Assembly: GCA_963779755.1 (NCBI GenBank)
Contig: CAVZZO010000001.1
Location: 1,792,001 to 1,856,000, forward strand
DNA: 64,000 bases
Reading direction: 5' to 3'
Source: an uncultured Gemmatimonadales bacterium
GTDB taxonomy: Bacteria > Gemmatimonadota > Gemmatimonadetes > Gemmatimonadales > GWC2-71-9
Below, piece after piece: positions 42,383 to 51,225 of the stretch. The translations under genes and the position numbers were made by a program. Under the pieces are notes generated by a model, which saw nothing but the letters and a program-made list of their open reading frames with translations, was not told the origin of the DNA and did not search any database. Each line of letters starts with the position of its first letter. Position 1 is the stretch's first letter.

Positions 42383-43438
42383 ATGCCCACGCCCGCGCCC
42401 GCTTCTGCGCCTCCGGCTCCTCCGGCGGGCCTCACGCGGGACCAGCTCCTCGAGCTCTATTACTACATGCGCCTGACCCGCTCGCTGGAAGAGCGGCTGG
42501 TGAATCTCTACCGGCAGACCCGCGTCATCGGCGGCCTGTTCCGTTCGCTGGGCCAGGAGGCGGACAGCGTGGGCAGCGCGTACGCGCTCGACCGCTCCCG
42601 GGGCGATTTTCTCTCTCCCCTCATTCGCAACCTGGGCAGCATGCTGGTCCAGGGGGCGACGCCGGTCGAGATCCTGCGCCAGTACATGGCCAAGGCCGAC
42701 AGCCCCACGCACGGGCGCGAGCTCAACATTCACTTCGGCGACCTCGAGCGCGGCTTCATCGGCCAGATCAGCCACCTGGGCGACATGGTCCCGGTCATGG
42801 CCGGCGTCACCCTCTATTTCAAGATGAAGCGGCAGCCGCGGGTGGGGCTGGTGTACGTGGGCGACGGCGCGCTCAGTACCGGCGCGTTCCACGAGGGGAT
42901 CAACTTCGCGGCGGTGCAGCGGCTGCCGCTGGTGATCATCGCCGAGAACAACGGCTATGCGTACACCACCCCGTCGCGGAAACAGACCGCCGCCCGCCGC
43001 CTCATGGACAAGGCGGAGGCGTACGGTATCCCGGGGCTGCAGGCGGACGGCAACGATGTGCTGGCGGTCTACGAAACCACCCGCGGCGCGGTCGATCGCG
43101 CCCGGCGCGGCGAGGGCGTTTCCTTCATCGAGCTCATCACCTTCCGGCGCAAGGGGCATGCGGAGCACGACAACCAGTCCTATGTGCCCAAAGAAGAGCT
43201 CGAGGCGTGGGAAAAGAACGATCCGCTCGATCGCTACATCGCGCGGCTCGTCGGCACCGGCTGGGCCGGCGCCGCCGAGCTGGAGGCGCTGGACCGGCGG
43301 GTGGAGGACGAACTGACCCGCGCGGTGGAAGCCTGCGAGAAGGAGCCGATGCCGGAGGGGACGACGGCGCTGGGAGGGGTGTACGCGGAGCCGGTGTCAG
43401 CAGAGCTGGAATGGTATCGAAGGCAGTCCGGGCGGTAG
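42383..43438 (+). CDS. 2-oxoacid dehydrogenase E1 alpha subunit (pyruvate or branched-chain)
   Basis: GQEA, TPP motif GDGA.STG.FHE..NFAA...ENN.YA, DGND, R..GH..HD. Confidence 0.92.
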   Translation: MPTPAPASAPPAPPAGLTRDQLLELYYYMRLTRSLEERLVNLYRQTRVIGGLFRSLGQEADSVGSAYALDRSRGDFLSPLIRNLGSMLVQGATPVEILRQYMAKADSPTHGRELNIHFGDLERGFIGQISHLGDMVPVMAGVTLYFKMKRQPRVGLVYVGDGALSTGAFHEGINFAAVQRLPLVIIAENNGYAYTTPSRKQTAARRLMDKAEAYGIPGLQADGNDVLAVYETTRGAVDRARRGEGVSFIELITFRRKGHAEHDNQSYVPKEELEAWEKNDPLDRYIARLVGTGWAGAAELEALDRRVEDELTRAVEACEKEPMPEGTTALGGVYAEPVSAELEWYRRQSGR

Positions 43439-43496
43439 AGGCGGGAGGGCGGTCCGCTGGTCCGACCGCCTGACCGCCTGACCGCCCGAGCCGCCC
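43430..43496. repeat. Inverted pair of GGCGGT / GACCGCCT 8-mer arrays
   Basis: gggcggtagaggcgggagggcggtc ... gaccgcctgaccgcctgaccgccc. Confidence 0.7.
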
Positions 43497-43515
43497 AACC
43501 TGGAGCGCCTTTCGC

Positions 43516-44496
43516 ATGCCCGAAATCACCTATCTCGAAGCCATCCGCCAGGGTCTCTGGGAAGAGATGGAGCGGGATGAGCGGGTGTTCATCCTGGGCG
43601 AGGACGTGGGCGCCTACGGCGGGGCGTTCAAGGTCACCGACGGGTTTCTGCAGAAGTTCGGCGACTCGCGGGTGATCGACACCCCGATCAGTGAGGCGGC
43701 CATCGTCGGGGCGGCGGCGGGGGCGGCGCACATGGGCATGCGCCCGGTGGCGGAGATGCAGTTCATCGACTTCATCTCCTGCGCCTATGACATGCTCACC
43801 AACTATGTCGCCACCGCCCGCTACCGTGCCGGGCTGCCGACCCCCATGGTGGTCCGGGGGCCTTCGGGCGGCTACGTGCGGGGCGGCCCGTTCCACAGCC
43901 AGAACCCGGAGGCTGCCTTCCTTCATACCCCGGGGCTCAAGATCGTGGCGCCGGCCACCGCGCGCGACGCCAAGGGGCTCATCAAGGCCGCGGTGCGCGA
44001 TGACGATCCGGTGCTATACTTCGAGCACAAATACCTCTACCGGCGGATCAAGGAAGATCTCCCGGAAGGGGAGGAAATCCTGACACCGCTGGGCCAGGCG
44101 CGCCTCGCGCGCGAGGGGAGCGACCTCTCGATCATCACCTGGTCGGCCATGGTGTGGAAGGCGCTGGAAGCGGCCGAGCGGCTGGAACAGGAAGATGGGC
44201 TGCGGGTGGAGGTGCTGGATCTCCGCACCCTGATGCCGATGGACGACGCCGCCATCATGGCAACGGTGCGCAAGACCAACCGGGTGCTCATCGCGCACGA
44301 GGACACCCGCACCGGGGGCATGGCGGGCGAGATTACCGCCCGGATCAACGACCAGGCGTTCGAATGGCTCGATGCACCGGTCAAGCGCGTGGCGGCGCAC
44401 GATGTGCCGCTGCCCTACGCGCCGACCCTGGAAGATTTCGTGCTTCCGCAGACCGACGACCTGGTCGCGGCGGCGAGATGGCTGGCGAGATACTGA
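43516..44496 (+). CDS. 2-oxoacid dehydrogenase E1 beta subunit
   Basis: GEDVG.YGG.F.VT.G, DTPISE, EMQF.DF, HSQ.PEA, DLRTL.P. Confidence 0.95.
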   Translation: MPEITYLEAIRQGLWEEMERDERVFILGEDVGAYGGAFKVTDGFLQKFGDSRVIDTPISEAAIVGAAAGAAHMGMRPVAEMQFIDFISCAYDMLTNYVATARYRAGLPTPMVVRGPSGGYVRGGPFHSQNPEAAFLHTPGLKIVAPATARDAKGLIKAAVRDDDPVLYFEHKYLYRRIKEDLPEGEEILTPLGQARLAREGSDLSIITWSAMVWKALEAAERLEQEDGLRVEVLDLRTLMPMDDAAIMATVRKTNRVLIAHEDTRTGGMAGEITARINDQAFEWLDAPVKRVAAHDVPLPYAPTLEDFVLPQTDDLVAAARWLARY

Positions 44497-44568
44497 ACTG
44501 CGTGAGCAGGCGGCGGTAAGCGGGTCTCCCGCTCCCCGCTCCCCGCTCACCGACGCGGAGCTTCAGGC

Positions 44569-45933
44569 ATGGCAACAACCGACATCATCATGCCCCAGAT
44601 GGGCGAGTCCATCGCCGAGGGGACTCTGTCCAAGTGGCTCAAGCAGGTGGGCGACGAGGTCAAGCGCGACGAGCCCATCTTCGAGATCTCGACCGACAAG
44701 GTCGACGCGGAGATCCCCTCGCCCGGGGCGGGGGTGTTATCGGAAATCCTGGTGCAGGAAGGCGAAACCGTCGCGGTCCAGACCGTGGTCGGGCGCATCT
44801 CCACCGACAAGGGCGCGGCGGCCCCCGCGCCCGCCAAACCGGACGCGCCGCCCAGGGCCGACGCCCCACCCAGGGCTGCGGCTCCCGCGCCCGCGCCGGA
44901 GAAGCCGACCGCTGCGCCGCCGCCCCCGCGTTCCGCCCCCGCCCCCGCGCCGGCGTCGGCGCCGGCCGCCGGTTCCCATGACAACGAGACGGCCGATGAG
45001 CGGCTGCGCCGCCGGTCCACCCCCCTGGTGCGCCGGATGGCGGCCGAGCACAACCTGGACATCGCCGAGATTCCCGGCACCGGGCACGCGGGCCGGGTGA
45101 CCAGGAACGACTTCCTGCAGTTCCTCGACAACCGGCCCGCCGCGGCGGCACCCGCCCCGGCGGCGGCCCGGCCCGCGGCCCCTGCCCCTGCCGCTCCGGT
45201 GGAGCACGCGCCGGTGGTGGAGCCCTGGCCGGGCGACCGGGTGGAGCCCTGGTCGAAGATCCGCAAGCTCACCGCGGATCACATGATCATGTCGCAGCGG
45301 GTGTCGGCGCACGTCTCGAGCTACTTCGAGGTGGACTTTACCATCGTGGCCCGGCTGCGCGCGGCGAAGAAGGCCGAATATGCGGGGCGGGGAGTGAACC
45401 TCACCTACATGGCGTTCATCACCAAGGCCGTGGCCGACAACCTGCGCAAACATCCGGTCGTCAACGCCGCCGTCTCGGGCGAGTCCACCATCTACCGCGG
45501 TGAGATCAACATCGGCATCGCGGTGGCGCTGGACTGGGGGCTCATCGTCCCGGTCATCAAACGGGCCGACGAGCTGTCGCTCATGGGGGTGGCGCGCGCC
45601 ATCAACGACCTGGCGGAGCGGGCCCGCAGCAAGAAGCTGAGCCCGGACGAAGTCCAGCGGGGGACCTTTACCATTACCAACCCCGGGGTGTTCGGCAGCG
45701 TGATCGGCTTCCCCATGATCAACCAGCCGCAGGTGGCTATCATGGGAGTTGGCACCATCGAGAAGCGGGCGACCGTGGTCACCCTCCCCGACGGCACCGA
45801 TGCCGTGGCGCCGCGCCTGCGCGGCATGATCTCCATGTCCTACGATCACCGTATCGTGGACGGGGCCGACGCCGACCGCTTCATGGCCGACGTCAAGAAG
45901 ACGCTCCAGGAGTTCCCGGAGCACGGCGTCTGA
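44569..45933 (+). CDS. 2-oxoacid dehydrogenase E2 dihydrolipoamide acyltransferase
   Basis: Lipoyl domain EISTDKVDAEIPSP, E3-binding GTG..GRVT..D, catalytic DHRIVDG. Confidence 0.95.
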   Translation: MATTDIIMPQMGESIAEGTLSKWLKQVGDEVKRDEPIFEISTDKVDAEIPSPGAGVLSEILVQEGETVAVQTVVGRISTDKGAAAPAPAKPDAPPRADAPPRAAAPAPAPEKPTAAPPPPRSAPAPAPASAPAAGSHDNETADERLRRRSTPLVRRMAAEHNLDIAEIPGTGHAGRVTRNDFLQFLDNRPAAAAPAPAAARPAAPAPAAPVEHAPVVEPWPGDRVEPWSKIRKLTADHMIMSQRVSAHVSSYFEVDFTIVARLRAAKKAEYAGRGVNLTYMAFITKAVADNLRKHPVVNAAVSGESTIYRGEINIGIAVALDWGLIVPVIKRADELSLMGVARAINDLAERARSKKLSPDEVQRGTFTITNPGVFGSVIGFPMINQPQVAIMGVGTIEKRATVVTLPDGTDAVAPRLRGMISMSYDHRIVDGADADRFMADVKKTLQEFPEHGV

Positions 45934-45934
45934 C

Positions 45935-46255
45935 ATGGCCCGCACGCTGAGCGTTTCCCGGGTGCGGGTCGTGCCGGAACGCGAGGGCGAATATCTGGCC
46001 ACGCTGGCGGCCCTGGCCGCGCTCCTCGGCCCCCGGGGCCAGCGTCTCTGGGTCTTCCGCAGCACCGCCGATCCCCGGCTCTTCCTGGAGTTCAGCGAGA
46101 GTCCCACTCCCATGTCTCACCGGCATCTGGCCTCCCGGACTCAGGAAGAGCTGCGGTTGGAGCAGCGGCTGCACCGGGTGGCCGATTACCAGGGCGACGA
46201 GGAACCGCTCTGGGAGGAAGTGCCGCTCAGTGCCAGCAATACACCGGAGAACTGA
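45935..46255 (+). CDS. Hypothetical protein (106 aa)
   Basis: ORF starts 1 nt after the E2 stop; coding-like codon usage. Confidence 0.7.
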   Translation: MARTLSVSRVRVVPEREGEYLATLAALAALLGPRGQRLWVFRSTADPRLFLEFSESPTPMSHRHLASRTQEELRLEQRLHRVADYQGDEEPLWEEVPLSASNTPEN

Positions 46256-46257
46256 AC

Positions 46258-46524
46258 GTGCCCAATCGCGTCATAGTGGTCGATGGCGAGTCCTGGACGG
46301 TCGAGCCCTCGGGCCGGACCACCCAGTATGTCCGCGATGAATTCAGCCTGCTCTTCACCCGCGGCCACGGCCCCGACCGGGAGCGCCGCGTCACCCGCTA
46401 TTCGCCCCCGGCCGCGCGCGACCCCGAGGGCTCGCTCGACGAGCTGACCGACCAGGAGCTGGGGCAGCTGCTGACCACCTCCGAACCCGCGTGGATTTCG
46501 CCGGAGACGGGATACCAGCGCTGA
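46258..46524 (+). CDS. Hypothetical protein (88 aa)
   Basis: GGAG SD, GTG start 2 nt after the previous stop. Confidence 0.7.
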   Translation: MPNRVIVVDGESWTVEPSGRTTQYVRDEFSLLFTRGHGPDRERRVTRYSPPAARDPEGSLDELTDQELGQLLTTSEPAWISPETGYQR

Positions 46525-47375
46525 GCGGCGGGACGGTCGACCTCCACGTCCACTCCACCGCTTCGGACGGCAGCCTGGCGCCCGCCGCGGTGGTGGCCCG
46601 GGCCCGCGCGGCCGGGCTCGACGCGATCGCGCTGACCGACCACGATTCCCTGGCCGGCATCCCTGCCGCGCTGGAGGCCGGCGCCGCCGCCGGCCTGCGC
46701 GTCATCGCCGGCTGCGAGTTCTCGGTCGCCGCCTCCTGGGGCGAGATGCACGTGCTGGGCTATTTCCTCCCGTCCGGTGATCCCTCCCTGGAGTCCTTTC
46801 TCCAGCGCTGCCGTGACGACCGCCGCCGGCGAGCCGAAGAGATGGTCGTCCGGCTGCGGCGCTCCGGCGCGGCCCTCACCCTGGACGACGTGCTGCGCGA
46901 ATCGGCCGGCGGCGCCATCGGACGGCCGCACGTGGCGCGCGCCCTGGTGCGCCGGGGCATAGTGGCCGGCATCGACACCGCGTTCGAGCGCTTTCTGCGG
47001 CATGGCCGCCCCGCGTTCGTGGCCAAGCGGCTGCCGGCGTTCGCCGAGGTGGCCGGGCTGGTGCATGCGGTGGGCGGCCTGGTCGCGGTGGCGCATCTCA
47101 AGGAGCGCGGAACCCGGAAGCGCCTGGCCGGGTTCAAGGCACAGGGGCTGGATGCCGTGGAAACCCGCCACCCCAGTCATGATCCGGAAACCCGGGCCCG
47201 TCTCACCGATCTCGCGCTGGAGCTGGACCTCCTGCGGACCGGCGGCAGCGACTGGCACGGCGATCCGGCACCGCCGGCCACCAGCCATGCCTCGCTGGGC
47301 TCGCAGCAGGTGCCGCTGGCCTGGCTCGACCTTCTGGACGCCCGGCGTGCCGGGCCTCACCCGGTGGAACGATGA
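46491..47375 (+). CDS. PHP-domain phosphoesterase (YciV/TrpH-like); start uncertain
   Basis: DLHVHSTASDG, ALTDHD, GCEFS, HVLGY, GRPH.A, AH, TGGSDWHG. Confidence 0.9.
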   Translation: MDFAGDGIPALSGGTVDLHVHSTASDGSLAPAAVVARARAAGLDAIALTDHDSLAGIPAALEAGAAAGLRVIAGCEFSVAASWGEMHVLGYFLPSGDPSLESFLQRCRDDRRRRAEEMVVRLRRSGAALTLDDVLRESAGGAIGRPHVARALVRRGIVAGIDTAFERFLRHGRPAFVAKRLPAFAEVAGLVHAVGGLVAVAHLKERGTRKRLAGFKAQGLDAVETRHPSHDPETRARLTDLALELDLLRTGGSDWHGDPAPPATSHASLGSQQVPLAWLDLLDARRAGPHPVER

Positions 47376-47821
47376 GCACACCCCTTGCCACCGGCACCGC
47401 GGCTCCGGCGTTCGACGCCGAAGGGTCCGACGGGCGTCGGTACAATCTGAAGAAGCTGCTGGCGCGCGGCCCGGTGCTGCTGGTGTTCTACCCCATGAAC
47501 AACACCTCCGGCTGAAACCGCCAACTCTCCGCCGTGCGCGATGAGATCGAGCAGTACCGCAGTCACGGAGTACAGCCCTTCGGCGTCAATCCGGCATCGG
47601 TGGACGCGCATGCCTCCTATGCCGAACACCTGGAGCTGAATTTCCCCCTGCTGTCCGACCCCGGGCGCAAGATCGCCTCCGCCTACCAGGCCGCCCGCCC
47701 CATGGGCATGGGCGTCATCCGGACGGTGTACCTGATCGGGCAGGACGGAACCATTCGGTTCGCCCAGCGCGGCGCGCCGGGGGCCGAGGTGAGCCTGCCG
47801 GCGCTGGAAAGCGGGGACTGA
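47372..47821 (+). CDS. BCP/PrxQ-type peroxiredoxin with in-frame TGA (codon 48) at the peroxidatic position; probable selenoprotein
   Basis: MSTPLATGTAAPAF...VLLVFYPMNNTSG-(TGA 47513-47515)-NRQL...FPLLSD...RTVYLI; ATGA overlap upstream and TGATG overlap downstream. Confidence 0.88.
47525..47545 (+). other. Candidate bacterial SECIS hairpin
   Basis: CTC-TC-CGC[CGT]GCG-(C)-GA-(T)-GAG; G-containing loop begins 17 nt after the UGA (folded by eye). Confidence 0.5.
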
Positions 47822-48543
47822 TGCCGACGACCTTCGACTTTTCGGGCAAGACGGTGCTGGTCACCGGCGTGGCGCGCCGGGGGCAGATCGGACACGCCGT
47901 GGCGCAGGCATTCGGCCAGAGCGGCGCCCGGCTGGTGGCGGCCGACCTGGATGCCGTGGCCGTGGCCGAGCGGGCGCGCGAGTTTGCCGCCGCCGGGCTG
48001 GAGGTGCGGCCCGTCGCCGGCGACCTGACCGAGCCCGATATTGCCGCGCTGGCGGTCGAGACGGCGGTGAAGCACTTCGGCGGGCTGGATGTGCTGGTGA
48101 ATGTGGCCGGCGGCCTGACCACCTTCGGGCCCCTGGGCCAGAGCACGCCCGACGGCTTCGAGCGCGAACTGGCCATCAACCTGCGGACGTCGTATCTCAT
48201 GTCCCGCGCCGCGCTCGATGCCCTCACCGCCCGCCACGGTGCCATGGTCAACTTCGCCTCGGCGGCGGTATATCATCCCGACCCCAACCTGGCCGTTTAT
48301 ACCGCGGCCAAGGCGGCGGTGGCCGGCTTCACCCGCAGCCTGGCGGTCGAGTTGCACCCCCGGGTCCGGGTCAACGCGGTGGCGCCGGGAATGGTGCGGA
48401 CCGCCGAGAATATCGCGTCGGTGGGCGAGAACGCGGCGTACGTCGAGATGGCCGATATCGTCCGCGCGGTGCTGTTTCTGGCCAGCGACGCCGCGGCCGG
48501 CATTACCGGGCATGTGCTGCCGGTGACGGCCCATCCGCTCTGA
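47821..48543 (+). CDS. SDR family oxidoreductase
   Basis: TG..R.G.IG, D.LVN.AG, YTAAK, RVNAVAPG. Confidence 0.92.
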   Translation: MPTTFDFSGKTVLVTGVARRGQIGHAVAQAFGQSGARLVAADLDAVAVAERAREFAAAGLEVRPVAGDLTEPDIAALAVETAVKHFGGLDVLVNVAGGLTTFGPLGQSTPDGFERELAINLRTSYLMSRAALDALTARHGAMVNFASAAVYHPDPNLAVYTAAKAAVAGFTRSLAVELHPRVRVNAVAPGMVRTAENIASVGENAAYVEMADIVRAVLFLASDAAAGITGHVLPVTAHPL

Positions 48544-48574
48544 GCCGGGGCGCTCGCCCCGCTAGTTTTCCCCT

Positions 48575-49360
48575 ATGAATTCCGGTACCGACGCCCCGGC
48601 GGTGGAGAGCCCCGCCGGGGAGTATGTCCAGTTGGGCGAGGTCGTGGTGATCGGCGGCGGCTGCTACGGGACCTTCTATGCCCGCCAGCTCGAGGCCGCC
48701 CGCGAGCGGGGGAGCGCGGCCTTCCGGCGCCTGCTGGTGGTGGACCGCGATCCGGCGTGCCGCATGCGCCGTGAGCTGGGGGAGAATGATCGCCGCCGTC
48801 TGGTGATTCGCGACTGGGATGCGTTCCTGGGCGAGTGGCTGGCGGACGCGGCGCGCGAAGCCCCCGGTGCCCCGGACGTGATCGTTCCCTCGCCGCTCAT
48901 GCCCCACCTCATGTACCGCTGGCTGCTGCGACGCGCCCGGGAACGCTGGCCCGGCCGGGAAGTGGAGACCCGGCCGGTGCCGGCCGGGCCGGGCACGCCG
49001 TACGATCAGGCCGCCCCCGACCACACCCGCTACGTCTCCTTCGCCGACTGGATCTGTCCCACCCACTGCATCGAGCCGGCTCGCTGTCCCGTCATCCGCG
49101 GCCCCCGGACCTGGGAGATGAGCGAAGCCGCAGCCGCCCTGGTCCGCCGGCTTGCGCGGACCGGCCCCGTGGCGGGGCCGGTCCTCTTCCACTGCCGCCA
49201 CACCGTCTTCGGCGTGGGCACCTTTCCGGCCGCCCTGGTCCGCCAGGGCGACCGGACCGTCGCGGCAGCGGGAGCGGCGGGGACGGCCGTGGATGTGCTG
49301 GTGGGAACGGTTTCCTCCTGCCACGGTGCACTCAACCTGCTGCACCTGGGCGAGGCCTGA
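48575..49360 (+). CDS. Hypothetical protein with Rossmann-like N-terminus and Cys/His-rich C-terminus
   Basis: VVIGGGCYG...LLVVD; CPTHCIEPARCP, HCRH, SSCHG. Confidence 0.8.
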   Translation: MNSGTDAPAVESPAGEYVQLGEVVVIGGGCYGTFYARQLEAARERGSAAFRRLLVVDRDPACRMRRELGENDRRRLVIRDWDAFLGEWLADAAREAPGAPDVIVPSPLMPHLMYRWLLRRARERWPGREVETRPVPAGPGTPYDQAAPDHTRYVSFADWICPTHCIEPARCPVIRGPRTWEMSEAAAALVRRLARTGPVAGPVLFHCRHTVFGVGTFPAALVRQGDRTVAAAGAAGTAVDVLVGTVSSCHGALNLLHLGEA

Positions 49361-49449
49361 AGCCGGGAACCGGCAGGGGTTCTATATTTGAAGCAACTGG
49401 CAACTGGCAACTATCGACCACCGATCTCCCTCTCTTTCTCGACTGTTTC

Positions 49450-50430
49450 ATGTCCCACGATCAGAACGCCCCCAGTTTCCATGATCTCGTCATCGTCGGC
49501 GGCGGCCCCGCCGGCCTCTGCGCCGCCATGTATGCCGGCCGCGGCATGCTGCGCGCGGTGCTGCTGGAGCGGGGCAAGCCGGGCGGCGAGCTGCTCAATA
49601 CCGAACTCATCGAGGACTATCCCGGTTTCGAGAGCATCCTGGGCCGCGACCTGGCCGAGCGGATGACGGAGCACGCCATCAAGTTCGGCGCCGATATCCG
49701 GCAGGAAAACGTGGATGCCATCCGGCGCCATCCCGAGGGCGGTTTCGAGATTACCACCTCGCTGGGCGCGGCATATCGCTCGCCCGCGGTCATTCTTACC
49801 GCCGGCGGCACGCCCAACAAGCTGGGGGTGCCGGGGGAGCTGGAATTCGCCGGCCGCGGCGTGTCCTATTGCGCCGTGTGTGACGGCGCGTTTTTCAAGG
49901 GCGAGACCATCGCGGTCGTGGGCGGCGGCGACGCCGCGGTGGAAGAGGCGGAGTACCTCACGCGCTACGCGGAAAAGGTCTACGTCATCCACCGCCGCGA
50001 CGCCTTCCGGGCCAGCAAGATCCTGCAGGACCGGCTGTTCGAAAACCCGCGCATCGAGGTGATCTGGAACCGCACGGTGAAGGAAATCCAGGGCGGCCCG
50101 GCCGGGGTAACCACGCTGGCGCTGGAGGACACGGTCACCGGCGAGGTGTCGGAGCTGGCGGTTGGCGGCGTGTTCATCTTTATCGGATTCACCCCCAATA
50201 CCGGCATCGTGAAGGAGCACGTAAACCACGATGCGGCCGGCTACCTGATCACCGACGAGCGCATGATGACCTCCGTTCCCGGCCTCTTCGCCGCCGGCGA
50301 CCTCCGGGTACAGCTCACCCGGCAGATCACCACCGCCGTCGGGGATGCCACCACCGCGGCCATTGCGGTGGAAAAATACCTGGCCGAACAGCGCAAGCGG
50401 CCCGACCGGGAGGCGGCCGTCGGTGTCTGA
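49450..50430 (+). CDS. trxB: Thioredoxin-disulfide reductase
   Basis: IVGGGPAG, GRGVSYCAVCDG.FF, VVGGGDAA.EEA, HRRD.FRA, TSVPGLFAAGD; real start at the internal ATG 49450. Confidence 0.95.
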   Translation: MSHDQNAPSFHDLVIVGGGPAGLCAAMYAGRGMLRAVLLERGKPGGELLNTELIEDYPGFESILGRDLAERMTEHAIKFGADIRQENVDAIRRHPEGGFEITTSLGAAYRSPAVILTAGGTPNKLGVPGELEFAGRGVSYCAVCDGAFFKGETIAVVGGGDAAVEEAEYLTRYAEKVYVIHRRDAFRASKILQDRLFENPRIEVIWNRTVKEIQGGPAGVTTLALEDTVTGEVSELAVGGVFIFIGFTPNTGIVKEHVNHDAAGYLITDERMMTSVPGLFAAGDLRVQLTRQITTAVGDATTAAIAVEKYLAEQRKRPDREAAVGV

Positions 50431-51070
50431 GCCTTTCGTGCTGCCGATCGTGAACGGCCAGCTGGTGGAGAACTGCTACCTGCTGGGCGATCCGGATTCC
50501 CGGGCGGCGGTCCTGGTGGACCCGGGCGAGGAGACCGCGCGCTTCGAGGCCGAGCTCGCGCAGGGAGGGTGGCGGCTCGAGGCCATCTGGCTCACCCATG
50601 CGCATGTGGACCACATCATGGGCGTGGGGCGCATCCGGGCGGCGCACCAGGTGCCCATCCTGCTGCACCCCGCCGACCGGCCGCTCTATGACGCGCTGCC
50701 GCAGCAGGGGGAATGGGTCGGGTTCCGCCTGGAAGCGCCGCCGCCGCCCGACGAAGAACTGCGCCACGGGCAGGTCCTCCGGGTGGGGCCCTGGCAGTGG
50801 GAAGTGCGCCATACGCCGGGCCATTCGCCCGGCAGCGTCAGCTTCCGCGGCCACGGCATGATCCTCGGCGGCGACGTGCTCTTCAGCGGGTCCATCGGCC
50901 GGACCGACCTGCCCGGCGGCGATACCGCCACGCTCTTCGAGTCGATCCACCGCGAGTTCCTCACGCTGGACGACGCCACCGTGGTGCACAGCGGGCACGG
51001 GCCCGCCACCACCATTGGAGCCGAGCGAACCTGCAATCCGTTCCTGACCGGGGCAATCCATGCCGGCTGA
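50423..51070 (+). CDS. MBL-fold metallo-hydrolase (glyoxalase II/YcbL-like)
   Basis: ENCY, VDPG, THAHVDH, HTPGHSPG, GD.LF.GSIGRTD, GHG. Confidence 0.92.
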   Translation: MSEPFVLPIVNGQLVENCYLLGDPDSRAAVLVDPGEETARFEAELAQGGWRLEAIWLTHAHVDHIMGVGRIRAAHQVPILLHPADRPLYDALPQQGEWVGFRLEAPPPPDEELRHGQVLRVGPWQWEVRHTPGHSPGSVSFRGHGMILGGDVLFSGSIGRTDLPGGDTATLFESIHREFLTLDDATVVHSGHGPATTIGAERTCNPFLTGAIHAG

Positions 51071-51218
51071 GCCGGGTTCGGCGCCTCGGCCGGTCGCCGG
51101 CGATCCGGGGCCGCGCTGCAACCGCTGCGGGTTTGAAGTCCGCGGCAAGCCCCGGGGGTGCAAGAATCCCTGTCCCAACTGCGGGACCGTCTACCCCCTG
51201 GGCGACTGCTCCGACTGA
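51060..51218 (+). CDS. Small CPxCG-type zinc-finger protein (52 aa), absent from the ORF track
   Basis: MPAEPGSAPRPVAGDPGPRCNRCGFEVRGKPRGCKNPCPNCGTVYPLGDCSD; fills the gap between two genes. Confidence 0.75.
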   Translation: MPAEPGSAPRPVAGDPGPRCNRCGFEVRGKPRGCKNPCPNCGTVYPLGDCSD

Positions 51219-51225
51219 CCCACTC

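Noticed and set aside
42383..45933. 2-oxoacid dehydrogenase cluster without E3, and pyrD without pyrK at 60507
   Set aside because: Shared or partner subunits are often encoded elsewhere; absence cannot be judged from one window.
47534..47821. 95-aa stand-alone ORF or peroxiredoxin pseudogene
   Set aside because: It lacks the active site, while the upstream in-frame segment supplies it with TGA exactly at the catalytic position; recoding explains this better than decay.
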